From an uncultured bacterium (GTDB taxonomy: Bacteria; Margulisbacteria; WOR-1; CAVSGV01), in assembly GCA_963768305.1 (NCBI GenBank), contig CAVYHE010000007.1, positions 32,001-96,000 on the forward strand: 64,000 bases of DNA. The letters run 5' to 3'. Below are positions 21,460 through 33,315 of this stretch, in pieces; the first letter of the stretch is position 1; the number at the start of each line of letters is the position of its first letter. The translations under genes and the position numbers were made by a program. The notes below the pieces were generated by a model. That model was not told the DNA's origin and searched no databases. It saw nothing but the letters and a program-made list of their open reading frames with translations.

Positions 21460-21894
21460 TTAGAACTTCTTGGGCCTTTTGCCTTCCTGTTTTTCCTGAA
21501 TGTTCTTTTTCAGGTCCAGAAGCTTTTCTTCACTTTGCTTCAGGAAGTTGTTCATTTTTTCCTCGAATGAATTGGAGAATTTTTTCGGTTCGCGCCGTTC
21601 GAATTTTCTGCCCACGAAAGGCCTGGAAGAAGGAGAGAACGGCTTTTTCTCTTCCCTCTTTTCAAGTTGCTTTATGGAAAGGTCGTATTTCCCGTCCTTT
21701 GTCGATCCTATCACGCGGACTTTTACCGTGTCGCCGACCTTGAGATGCTGGGCAACATCGGTAACATAAGAATTTGATATCTGGGATATATGGATGAGCC
21801 CCACGTTCTTTTCGCCCAAATCTACGAAGGCGCCGAATTTCGTGATGCCTGTCACCCGTCCTTCAACGATGCTGTCAATTGCTATTGGCCCCAT
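21460..21894 (-). CDS. S1 RNA-binding domain protein (YabR-like)
   Basis: GRVTGITKFGAFV..GLIHISQI..LSIKQ; FEEKM..FLKQSEEK tail. Confidence 0.9.
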   Translation of the reverse strand: MGPIAIDSIVEGRVTGITKFGAFVDLGEKNVGLIHISQISNSYVTDVAQHLKVGDTVKVRVIGSTKDGKYDLSIKQLEKREEKKPFSPSSRPFVGRKFERREPKKFSNSFEEKMNNFLKQSEEKLLDLKKNIQEKQEGKRPKKF

Positions 21895-21913
21895 TGTCTC
21901 CCCGCCCGAAAGA

Positions 21914-24246
<2,333 letters not shown>

Positions 24247-24273
24247 TTTAAAGGCGCCTCTTTTCCTTGAAGG

Positions 24274-24302
24274 TTGACAACGTTCGGGAATAATAATATA
24301 TT
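24274..24302 (+). promoter_or_regulatory. sigma70-type promoter of the receiver-pilB operon
   Basis: TTGACA-N17-TATATT. Confidence 0.7.
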
Positions 24303-24325
24303 AGTGCAAGGTGTAAGTCAAATAT

Positions 24326-24682
24326 ATGAAGAGAATCCTGGTAGTTGATGATAATGAGAACATTAGGGTCATTCTGAAGCAGATGCTTGAGGACGGCGGC
24401 TACGAGGCGGAGACCGCGAAAGGCGGCGAAGAAGCTCTGGAATCGATGAGCCTCAGGCGTTTTGATATGCTCATCGCCGACATAAACATGCCGGGAATGA
24501 CGGGAATTGAACTTCTGGAAAAAACAAAGAGGGCATATCCCAATATGCCGGTGATCTTCGTTACCGCATACAGGAAAGACAAGAGTTTGGTCCGCTCTGT
24601 TAATATCGGGCTTTCCGATTACATAGAAAAACCTTTTAAAATGGACGAAGTATTAAGTATAGTTAAAGAACACATGGCCTGA
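24326..24682 (+). CDS. Single-domain response regulator
   Basis: ILVVDD, ADINMP, VTA, KPF. Confidence 0.92.
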   Translation: MKRILVVDDNENIRVILKQMLEDGGYEAETAKGGEEALESMSLRRFDMLIADINMPGMTGIELLEKTKRAYPNMPVIFVTAYRKDKSLVRSVNIGLSDYIEKPFKMDEVLSIVKEHMA

Positions 24683-24725
24683 AGCTTGCGCAAATGTCCC
24701 CGGTTAAAAGAAGGGGAGTGGATCG

Positions 24726-26432
24726 ATGGTTATCAATCAGAGAAAATCCCTCGGAGAAGGCCTGGTAGAACAAAAGATCATTTCCGATGATCAACTTCAA
24801 TACGCTCAGAAAGAAAGCGGAAGAACCGGAGAGTCCCTGACAAAGACGCTCATAAAACTTAAGCTGGCCAAAGAAGACGCCATCTCCACTTTTTTTGAAG
24901 AGCAGCTCGGTATCCCGAAAGTCGACCTGAAAAGCTATCTGATAGACCCCAAAATAATCGCCCTTATCCCCGAAAGTCTAGCGAAAAAGCACACGATCAT
25001 CCCGCTTTTCAAGACCGGAGATACTTTGACCATAGCGACAGCGGATCCTCTTAATATCTTTGCCATAGATGAGGTCAGGATAAAGACAAAAAGCAATGTT
25101 GAGCCCGCCGTGGCAACGGAAACTGAGATAAAAGATGCCATTAATCAGTATTATAAGGTGGGCGGTTCAATAGAAGATGTGATCAAGAGCATGGATGTGC
25201 AATCATTCATGATAGAAGAAGGCAGGGGAGAAAAAGAAGAGATCGATGATACGGAAAAGCTTAGGAATATCGCAGAAGAAGCTCCTATCATAAAACTCGT
25301 GAATTTGATAATCATGCAGGCCGTCAGGGATAAGGCCTCCGACATCCATGTGGAGCCGGAAGACGACCGGCTGGTAGTAAGATACAGGGTTGACGGAATT
25401 CTTCATGAACAGGTGGCCATTCCGAAATTAATGCAGGCAGCGGTGCTGTCCAGGATAAAAATAATGTCCGACATGAATATCGCCACAAAAAGGGTCCCGC
25501 AGGACGGAAGGTTCAAGTTGAATATCGAGGGGAACAGGATAGACATGAGGGTGTCGGCCCTTCCAACAATTTACGGAGAAAATATCGTGATGAGGATCTT
25601 GGAAACTTCCAGTATTTTGATGGGTCTTGAAAAACTGGGATTTAATGAAAATAATCTTAAAAATTTCAGATCTTTGATCGTGAAACCGCACGGAATTATC
25701 CTGGTCACCGGCCCGACGGGTTCAGGAAAAACAACGACCCTTTATTCAGCGTTGAATGTCATCGATACTCCCGACAAGAACATCATTACTGTCGAGGATC
25801 CGGTGGAATACCAGTTGAGGCGGGTGCGCCAGTCGCAGATAAACATAAAAGCAGGTCTGACATTCGCAACAGGTCTTCGTTCCATCCTCAGGCAGGACCC
25901 CGATGTCATAATGGTGGGGGAAATAAGGGACCTTGAGACCGCGGAGATATCGGTCCAAGCCGCGCTTACCGGCCACCTTGTTTTTTCCACTCTTCACACA
26001 AATGACGCTCCCAGCTCCTTGACCAGGCTGGTGGATATGGGAGTGGAGCCTTTTCTTATTTCTTCCTCCGTTATCGCCATCATTGCCCAGAGGCTTGTCA
26101 GAAAGATATGCAAGGAATGCAAGCAATCCTATGTCCCATCAAAGGAGATCCTAGACAGATTAGGCGCCCAGGTCTCAAGGAACGCGAAATTTTACAGAGG
26201 AGAAGGATGCAAGGTCTGCAAGAACACCGGTTATAAGGGAAGGCTAGGGATATTCGAGATGCTCCTGCTCAATGACAAGATAAAGGACATGGTCCTTACA
26301 AAGGTCTCCAGCACACAGATAAAAGCCGCTGCGCAGGAAGCGGGAATGCAAACTCTCCGCGAGGACGGCATAGAAAAAGTTCTTGACGGCTCCACCACTA
26401 TCGATGAAGTCATCCGCGTCACGCAAGATTAA
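24726..26432 (+). CDS. pilB: Type IV pilus assembly ATPase (PilB/GspE)
   Basis: ASDIHVEP, PQDGR, GPTGSGKTTT, EDPVEY, LRQDPD, Zn CxxC pairs, GYKGR. Confidence 0.95.
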   Translation: MVINQRKSLGEGLVEQKIISDDQLQYAQKESGRTGESLTKTLIKLKLAKEDAISTFFEEQLGIPKVDLKSYLIDPKIIALIPESLAKKHTIIPLFKTGDTLTIATADPLNIFAIDEVRIKTKSNVEPAVATETEIKDAINQYYKVGGSIEDVIKSMDVQSFMIEEGRGEKEEIDDTEKLRNIAEEAPIIKLVNLIIMQAVRDKASDIHVEPEDDRLVVRYRVDGILHEQVAIPKLMQAAVLSRIKIMSDMNIATKRVPQDGRFKLNIEGNRIDMRVSALPTIYGENIVMRILETSSILMGLEKLGFNENNLKNFRSLIVKPHGIILVTGPTGSGKTTTLYSALNVIDTPDKNIITVEDPVEYQLRRVRQSQINIKAGLTFATGLRSILRQDPDVIMVGEIRDLETAEISVQAALTGHLVFSTLHTNDAPSSLTRLVDMGVEPFLISSSVIAIIAQRLVRKICKECKQSYVPSKEILDRLGAQVSRNAKFYRGEGCKVCKNTGYKGRLGIFEMLLLNDKIKDMVLTKVSSTQIKAAAQEAGMQTLREDGIEKVLDGSTTIDEVIRVTQD

Positions 26433-26443
26433 CAATATCCATC

Positions 26444-27658
26444 ATGCCCAAATATTCTTATAAAGCGCGGGATGAATCCGGAAAACCCGTTTTCGGCACA
26501 ATGGAAGCACCGAATACCGACTCCCTTGTCTCAAGGCTGCGGAAGCAGAAATTATTTATCACCTCCGTGACTGAAAAGACCTCCACCGCCGCCATCGATG
26601 ATTTTTTCATGCGGTTCACAAAGGTCAGGCTCAACGATCTGATCATGTTCAATTTCCAGCTGTCCAATATGATAGGCGCCGGCATCCCGCTTCCGACCGC
26701 CCTGATGTCCCTTATTGAGCAGACAGAGAACGAGAAGCTCAGGAACGCGGTAATAAAGATCAATGACGACATTAAAGAAGGCCAGACTTTTTCCGATTCA
26801 TTGAAAAAGCATCCGGACATATTCCCTCCGCTGTTCATCAATATGGTGCGCGCGGGCGAGGTGGCGGGCAACCTGGATGAAATATTGGTAAGGCTTTCGA
26901 CTTTCATGGAACGCGAATCCGAACTGAAGGCAAAAATATCCACGGCGCTGTTCTATCCCGTGATACTGGCCGTTGTGGGGACTCTTGTTATTATTCTGAT
27001 AATCGTTACCATACTTCCCTCATTCGCCAAGATATTCATTGAATCAAATGTGCCGCTCCCACTGCCCACGCTTATGCTGTATAAAGCCAACATATTAATA
27101 AGGGCATATTGGAGGCAGACCATAGTAGCAGTGATCGGCCTTGATCTATTGCTCAACTGGTATAAAAAGACCGACTCAGGTAAATATTACATTGACAGCG
27201 CCCTGCTCCTTCTCCCTGTCTGGGGGAAGGTCATAAGAGAGTCCACTATTTCCCGTCTTTCCAGGACGCTTGGCTCTCTTATCTCCACCGGCGTGCCCAT
27301 GCTCCAGGCGCTGGAAGTGACGGAGCAGACCATAGATAATGCCATAATTTCCAGAGTGCTGAAAAAAGTGTATGCATCCGTAAGCAAAGGCGAAACTATT
27401 TCCGCGCCGCTCAGGGAAAGCGGACAATTCCCCGCGATGGCCATACACATGGTAGCTGTGGGCGAGGAAACAGGCGCTTTGGACACCATGTTGAACAAGG
27501 TCGCCGATTATTTTGATCTGGCCACCGAATACAGTGTAAAAAAGATCACGGCGCTTCTGGAGCCGATGTTCCTGGTCATAATCGGCGGAGCGGTCGGGTT
27601 CATATTCGCTTCAATACTGCTTCCGATATTCTCGATGGTCAAGACACTGCACAGATGA
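26444..27658 (+). CDS. pilC: Type IV pilus platform protein (PilC/GspF)
   Basis: AGEVAGNLD, ALFYP, VGEETGALD, LLEP. Confidence 0.95.
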   Translation: MPKYSYKARDESGKPVFGTMEAPNTDSLVSRLRKQKLFITSVTEKTSTAAIDDFFMRFTKVRLNDLIMFNFQLSNMIGAGIPLPTALMSLIEQTENEKLRNAVIKINDDIKEGQTFSDSLKKHPDIFPPLFINMVRAGEVAGNLDEILVRLSTFMERESELKAKISTALFYPVILAVVGTLVIILIIVTILPSFAKIFIESNVPLPLPTLMLYKANILIRAYWRQTIVAVIGLDLLLNWYKKTDSGKYYIDSALLLLPVWGKVIRESTISRLSRTLGSLISTGVPMLQALEVTEQTIDNAIISRVLKKVYASVSKGETISAPLRESGQFPAMAIHMVAVGEETGALDTMLNKVADYFDLATEYSVKKITALLEPMFLVIIGGAVGFIFASILLPIFSMVKTLHR

Positions 27659-27723
27659 ACAGAAAAGCAATCTTGTTGCTAATTTTTTTATCGGTTGTAT
27701 AATGTTTTTCGCTGACAGAACTT

Positions 27724-28770
27724 ATGGAAACGAATAGTTTACTTCAAAATGTTATTGAAAAAGGGGCTTCGGACCTTTTGATCATTGCCAATGCTCCGCC
27801 CGTCCTCAGGGTCAATGACGTGATATCCTATCTTGGTTCCGAGGTCCTCTCCGAGAGCGAATCGAAAGCTCTTATCTACGGCCTTCTCACTCCAAAACAG
27901 ATAGAGACTTTCGAGAAGGAAAAAGAGCTTGATTGCAGTTATGAATTGAAGAATGCCGCCAGATTCAGGGTAAATGTTCATTATCAAAGAGGCACGGCCG
28001 CGGCGTCATTAAGGCTTATTCCTTCTGTCATTCCTTCAATGGAAGAACTAAAGCTGCCAAAAGTTGTCTCAGATTTCGCGAATATCGAACGGGGAATGGT
28101 CCTTGTCACTGGTCCCACCGGCGCCGGAAAAACCACTACCCAAGCCTGTATGGTGGATATGATAAACAAAGGCAGGAGTCGCCATGTCATAACGATCGAA
28201 GATCCTGTTGAATACACGCATAAGAACAATAAAAGCATTATTGAACAAAGGGAAGTCGGAATAGACACCGATTCTTTCAACTCGGCATTGAAAAGAGTGC
28301 TCAGGCAGAACCCCGATGTGATACTTATCGGGGAAATGCGCGACCTGGAAACCATACAAACCGCGATAACCGCCGCCGAGACCGGGCATCTGGTCATATC
28401 CACCCTGCACACGAATGATTCCGTTCAGTCCATTGACCGCATAATAGACGTTTTCCCCCCCCATCAACAGGCCCAGGTAAGGATGCAGGTCTCGCTTTCA
28501 CTGCAGGGCATCATCGCCCAGCAGCTTGTTTCCAAAAAAGATAACAGCGGTCTTATAGTCGCGACCGAAGTGCTCATACCCACTTCCGCCGTGAGAAATC
28601 TAATAAGGAAAGGCTCCACCCAGGAAATTTATTCAATGCTTGATATCGGCGCGAAATACGGAATGATGTCAATGGACGCTTCCCTGAAGAACCTTTACAA
28701 GAACAAGTTGATAACTTACGAAGAAGCTCTTCTTCACGCGATGAACCAGGAGCATTTTGATAGGCTTTAG
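27724..28770 (+). CDS. pilT: Pilus retraction ATPase
   Basis: GPTGAGKTTT, IEDPVE, LRQNPD, AETGHL, AVRNLIR. Confidence 0.95.
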   Translation: METNSLLQNVIEKGASDLLIIANAPPVLRVNDVISYLGSEVLSESESKALIYGLLTPKQIETFEKEKELDCSYELKNAARFRVNVHYQRGTAAASLRLIPSVIPSMEELKLPKVVSDFANIERGMVLVTGPTGAGKTTTQACMVDMINKGRSRHVITIEDPVEYTHKNNKSIIEQREVGIDTDSFNSALKRVLRQNPDVILIGEMRDLETIQTAITAAETGHLVISTLHTNDSVQSIDRIIDVFPPHQQAQVRMQVSLSLQGIIAQQLVSKKDNSGLIVATEVLIPTSAVRNLIRKGSTQEIYSMLDIGAKYGMMSMDASLKNLYKNKLITYEEALLHAMNQEHFDRL

Positions 28771-28779
28771 GAGGTTTGA

Positions 28780-29250
28780 ATGAGAAAAAATAAAGATTTC
28801 ACCCCGCAACGAAGCGTTCCGCGTGCCTCTGGGTTTACGGTCATTGAAATGGTCATTGTAATAGCGGTCATTGCAATATTGATCTCCATAGTGTTCTCTG
28901 TCAGGGGGTTTCAGGTAGAAGCAAAAAAAATAGCGGTGCAAAGCGATCTCAGGGTATTGAGGGTAGCCCTCGAATCATATTACAAAAATTACGGGTATAA
29001 ATATCCAGCTGTCGGCACGAACTGGGAGGACACGCTTTCTTCCACTGCTCCCGCGATAATTGATTCAGTGCTTTATGATCCCTTTGCCGTCCCTTCCAAT
29101 AGTCAATTTGGATATGCATTAAGCCCGAATTCCAGCTACTATGTAATCTATTCGGTAGGGCCAAGAGGGACCGGAAGCGCATCTATAGTTGATAACGGCA
29201 AAGTCACGGTCTCGAATGACTCAATATGGGATTCGAACGGTACTCTTTGA
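28780..29250 (+). CDS. Type IV pilin-like protein, paralogue of 29390..29854
   Basis: G|FTVIEM class III signal followed by a hydrophobic helix. Confidence 0.9.
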   Translation: MRKNKDFTPQRSVPRASGFTVIEMVIVIAVIAILISIVFSVRGFQVEAKKIAVQSDLRVLRVALESYYKNYGYKYPAVGTNWEDTLSSTAPAIIDSVLYDPFAVPSNSQFGYALSPNSSYYVIYSVGPRGTGSASIVDNGKVTVSNDSIWDSNGTL

Positions 29251-29389
29251 TTTTGTTCGCCGGGTATGATATCATTCGTCCCGCGGCAAGGGGTTAACAA
29301 ACTCTGGACTTGCCGGTAAAATATGATATGCTTGTTTTGAGGGGATATTCTGGACTCATCTGAAATTCATGAAAAAAGGGGGTGAATAA

Positions 29390-29854
29390 ATGAAAAAAAG
29401 CAAAGGCTTTACGCTTATTGAACTCCTAATAGTCATGGCCGTTATAGCGATATTGATAGCTATAGCGATCCCGAGTTTCAGAGGCATGCAGCAGGAAGCG
29501 AGGAAGACGAAGGCGCAAGGGGACCTGAGGGTGTTGAAGATCGCCATTGAATCTTACTATAAGAACAACGGCAATGTGTACCCGCCCACAGGCGCCGCCT
29601 GGGAAGCTCTTCTGGCCGGCAATACCATTACGCCAAATATCATTAATTCTGAGCTGTATGATGCGTTCAATCCTACTGCCAACACTGATTATGGTTATGC
29701 CGTGAGCCCTTCCAAGACCTATTACGTGGTCTGGTCGGTAGGCCCACTATGTACTGCAGCTGCGAATGTTGGAAATTACGCGGCATCTGTGGCTGACACC
29801 GGAGTAGTCACACCTACTGATCCAACTGTTATTTGGGACTCGAACGGCCATTGA
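29390..29854 (+). CDS. Type IV pilin, probable major pilin
   Basis: MKKSKG|FTLIELL; strong SD and its own terminator. Confidence 0.92.
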   Translation: MKKSKGFTLIELLIVMAVIAILIAIAIPSFRGMQQEARKTKAQGDLRVLKIAIESYYKNNGNVYPPTGAAWEALLAGNTITPNIINSELYDAFNPTANTDYGYAVSPSKTYYVVWSVGPLCTAAANVGNYAASVADTGVVTPTDPTVIWDSNGH

Positions 29855-29881
29855 TACGTTATTGTCTTTAAAGACATTTTC

Positions 29882-29920
29882 AAAGGGATGCCCGACTTAA
29901 GGTCGGGCTCCCTTTTTTTT
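29882..29920 (+). terminator. Rho-independent terminator
   Basis: AAAGGGA-t-GCCCGAC ttaag GTCGGGC-TCCC followed by T8. Confidence 0.9.
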
Positions 29921-29945
29921 CGACCTGTGCTATCATTTGCCTCAT

Positions 29946-30338
29946 ATGAATATCACGCTCCGGATGCGAAGATCGGGCAAAGCAGACGGGTTCAGTTTAC
30001 TCGAGGTCTTGCTTGTAATGATAATCCTTATAATGGTTTTTATCCCTCTTCTCCAGATGCTTACGAACGGGATGAACGCCAGTGAGGAAGTGAAGAGCAC
30101 GAACACTGCGGTTATGCTGGCACAAAAAAAGATCGAAGAGATAAAGAACAATTCTTCATGGTCTTCCATAACCGCCGAATCATTGATAACCCTTTCACCG
30201 ACTTATCCGGCTTACTCCAGGCAGGTAAATGTCACGGATCTGGGCAACTTGAAAGATGTCCGGGTCATGGTGTTTTGGGGAACAGGCAGCCAAAAGGCGG
30301 ACGGCATAACCATTGAAACATATATATCGAATTTCTAA
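29946..30338 (+). CDS. Minor pilin (PilV-like)
   Basis: G|FSLLEVLL; A..LAQKKIEEIK. Confidence 0.85.
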   Translation: MNITLRMRRSGKADGFSLLEVLLVMIILIMVFIPLLQMLTNGMNASEEVKSTNTAVMLAQKKIEEIKNNSSWSSITAESLITLSPTYPAYSRQVNVTDLGNLKDVRVMVFWGTGSQKADGITIETYISNF

Positions 30339-30813
30339 GGACAGCGCAAAGGGTTACACCCTCATCGAAATGGTCATGGCACTGGCTGTGATGAGCATTG
30401 CGATAGTCCTGGTTTTTTACGGCTTCGCTTCTTCCATGCGGCTTTTTAATGATGAAATGTATGACGCGACTGTTTCCATTGAAGCTCAAAGAGCCATGGA
30501 ACAGTTAACCGCTGATCTGCGCGGCTCACAAAGTATTGAAGCAGCAGGCGCCGAAGATATCACATTTTTGTCCCAGAACCTTTATCCAAGCGGAACTTCT
30601 GATGCAATTACATATAATTGGACAGGCCAATCCAGCAGGATGATATATAAAACCGTTAATTCGGCGCCATCCCAGGAGATCTCAACGAATATCAGCGACT
30701 TTTATTTGACATACAGCGGAAATCCCATAAATTCCGTCTATATCCGGATCACCGGACAAAAAGGCACAAGCATAAGCACGCTGGAGTCCAGTGTTAAATT
30801 AAGAAATAAGTGA
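30313..30813 (+). CDS. Minor pilin (PilW-like)
   Basis: G|YTLIEMV; QL..DLR; C-terminal VKLRN. Confidence 0.85.
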   Translation: MKHIYRISKDSAKGYTLIEMVMALAVMSIAIVLVFYGFASSMRLFNDEMYDATVSIEAQRAMEQLTADLRGSQSIEAAGAEDITFLSQNLYPSGTSDAITYNWTGQSSRMIYKTVNSAPSQEISTNISDFYLTYSGNPINSVYIRITGQKGTSISTLESSVKLRNK

Positions 30814-30825
30814 TATAATTTCACC

Positions 30826-32471
30826 ATGCCGGAAAAAACAGTTATCGGGCTGGACATAGATGAAAGATCTGTCAAGCTTGCTAAGCTTAAGATATCCGGC
30901 GTTGATGTATCACTTCTAAAGTATTCTGTCCGCAATATCCCCTTATCGGACAATAAAATCTCAGCGATAGCCGGGGTCTTGAAAGAGCTTTTCAGGAATG
31001 AGAGGTCCGACACTGAGGTTTTCACCAGCGCGTCCGGCGCGAATGTAAGCATGAAACGCCTGACCATCCCCGTAATGCCTGACGAGGAAATAAGGAACGC
31101 GCTTATCTGGGAAGCAAAGAATCTGGTGCCTTTCCCCATTGAGAACGCATCCATGGATTTTTACAAAATGGGAAAGGTCACTGATGCCGTCGCCGAGAAA
31201 TATGACATAATGTTCGCCGCGGCAGGAAAGGATGTGATGGACCTCCTTTCAGCTGTTTCTAAAGAATCCGGCGTGAAATTCACCGGTGTAACCCTTATCC
31301 CGCTTGCTTTGCGCGCGCTGATAAGCAGGAGCGGCAGATGCGAAAAGAACAAAGTTAACGCTGTCATAGATATCGGGGCCGATTCCGCCAGCATAAACCT
31401 CCTTAAGGGCGATACTCTTAATTTTACCAGGGAGATCACTGTCGCTGGAGATTCCATCACAAAAGCCATGACCGGCCTTCTGGTGTCCGACCGCTGGCAG
31501 ATGAACCTGACCTATGAGCAGGCCGAGGACATAAAAATAAGATACGGTATACCTGTAAAAGATTCTACCGAAGTCACGGATACGGGCGTTCCTCTCGCTC
31601 ATGTCTATGAAATGATGGCTCCTACTCTGCGAAGGCTGCAGAACGAGATCCTAAGATCTTTTGATTATTACAAGGAAGAATTTAGGGAAGAAAAGATAGA
31701 CAATATATTCCTTACCGGGGGAAGCGCAGGCCTTATGCATCTGGATGAATTCCTTTCGAACGCGCTGGGGATAAAAGTTGGAAGGCTGGATCCCGTTGAA
31801 AATCTTAAGATAGACCCGTCGTCCGGGATCGATACGGCCGCCCTTAATAAGATATCTATCAGGCTGGCTCTTGCCGTGGGACTGGCGCTGGAGCAGAGCG
31901 AAAAAATAAATCTGCTTAAAATAAAGGTCAAAGTAACGGCCAGGGAAAGGTCCCCGCAGTCCAAAGGTCTTGGCGGCCTGGATGATAAATTAAAAAGGTT
32001 TAATATCCATTTACCCGCTGGAACTCACGTGAGTGCGGCTTCTTTTAACTTTATTCTGGCTCTGATCGTCGTCATTGCTATTGTTTACAACGTTTTCCTG
32101 GCGGGGAGCGGGACAAATACAAGAATGAACTTGTATCCAAGCAGGCTATCATGTCGGACGTGAACGCCTTAAATGAAAAAAGGGCGATCCTTCAGCAGAT
32201 AATCAAAGAGCAAACCCATCTGCGGGAGACCCTTTCTCAAATAACCCGAGTACTTCCGGCAGGCGTCACTTTCACGCATTTATCCTATGATAATTCAAAA
32301 CGCCAGATCACGCTTGCGGGTGAAGCCGGGAACGCGAGAATAGTCGGCATTTTCCTGAAAAGCCTTCAGGATTCCCCGGATTTCCAGAATGTAGTGCTGT
32401 CACAGGTGCGCAAAGCGACCGAAAATAAAACTGAAAAAGCGGTCTTTCAGATAACCTTTAATCTTACCTGA
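30826..32471 (+). CDS. pilM: PilM-PilN fusion (indel near 32100-32150)
   Basis: Actin-like IGLDI, IDIGA, LTGG, AVGLAL; then in-frame INLL motif and TM helix; PilN periplasmic domain (LPAGV..L.GEA..L..SP.F.NV.L) in ORF 32151..32471. Confidence 0.82.
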
Positions 32472-32484
32472 TAGAGGGGAAAAA

Positions 32485-33315
32485 ATGGAAGAGTTCATAT
32501 CTAAATGGCGTGATGAGATCGTGGCTATCGCGGTAATGCTTGTTCTGCTTTATGGAATGAACCATTATTTGTATGCGCCTAAATATAAGGAAATAAACGA
32601 CCTTAAAGCTTCCTTGAAATCGGTAGATGACGAGATAAGCAGGGTCACCGAGGGGCCTCTACCCGTAAAGGACCTTAATGTGGTCAAGGCAATGATAAAG
32701 AGCGAACTGGCAGATCTCTCGGCAAAGGTCCCGTCGGAAGGCGAAACTCCGTATCTTATCAATAACTTCATATCCGTTGTCGGAAAAGGATTGAACATAG
32801 ACTATAATCTGATCCAGCCTTCGGACCTTGTGCAGGAACAAAAATATAAAAGGCTGCCCCTGCATGTCGAATTCACGGGTACTTACGCGGACACCAATTC
32901 CTATCTGGCCCAGCTAAAACTGCTGCCGGTCACGATAAGAGTGGATTCCATGGATATGAATAAAATTGTCAACCAGAATGTGCTGAATGTAAGCATGTCG
33001 CTTTCGGAATTTGTCCTGCCCGGACCGTCATCGAAGCCACCCGGAGAAGAAAAAGGATATTCATCAATGGCGGACCCATTTTATACCGAAACAGGCAATG
33101 AAGAATTGGCTCCCGCCGCAACGGCGCCGAAAGGTGTCAAACAGCTGAAATATCTGGGTTATGTAAAAGGATTGGTCGAAAGGGCCATAATAAATGACGA
33201 GGTCCTAAAGACCGGGGACAGGATACTTGGCTATAAACTGTTGAAAATACGCAGAGATAATGTTAGCCTTGTCAAGAATGGCACGCATTATGATATTCCG
33301 ATCGGAAAAAAATAA
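32485..33315 (+). CDS. pilO: PilO with C-terminal PilP-like domain
   Basis: TM, coiled coil, YKRLP...GTY; then DPF and YLGY...AIIN.EV...GD.I.GY...I. Confidence 0.78.
   Translation: MEEFISKWRDEIVAIAVMLVLLYGMNHYLYAPKYKEINDLKASLKSVDDEISRVTEGPLPVKDLNVVKAMIKSELADLSAKVPSEGETPYLINNFISVVGKGLNIDYNLIQPSDLVQEQKYKRLPLHVEFTGTYADTNSYLAQLKLLPVTIRVDSMDMNKIVNQNVLNVSMSLSEFVLPGPSSKPPGEEKGYSSMADPFYTETGNEELAPAATAPKGVKQLKYLGYVKGLVERAIINDEVLKTGDRILGYKLLKIRRDNVSLVKNGTHYDIPIGKK

Noticed and set aside
21340..21460. tRNA-Leu as an integration site
   Set aside because: No duplicate of the tRNA 3' end and no integrase in the window.
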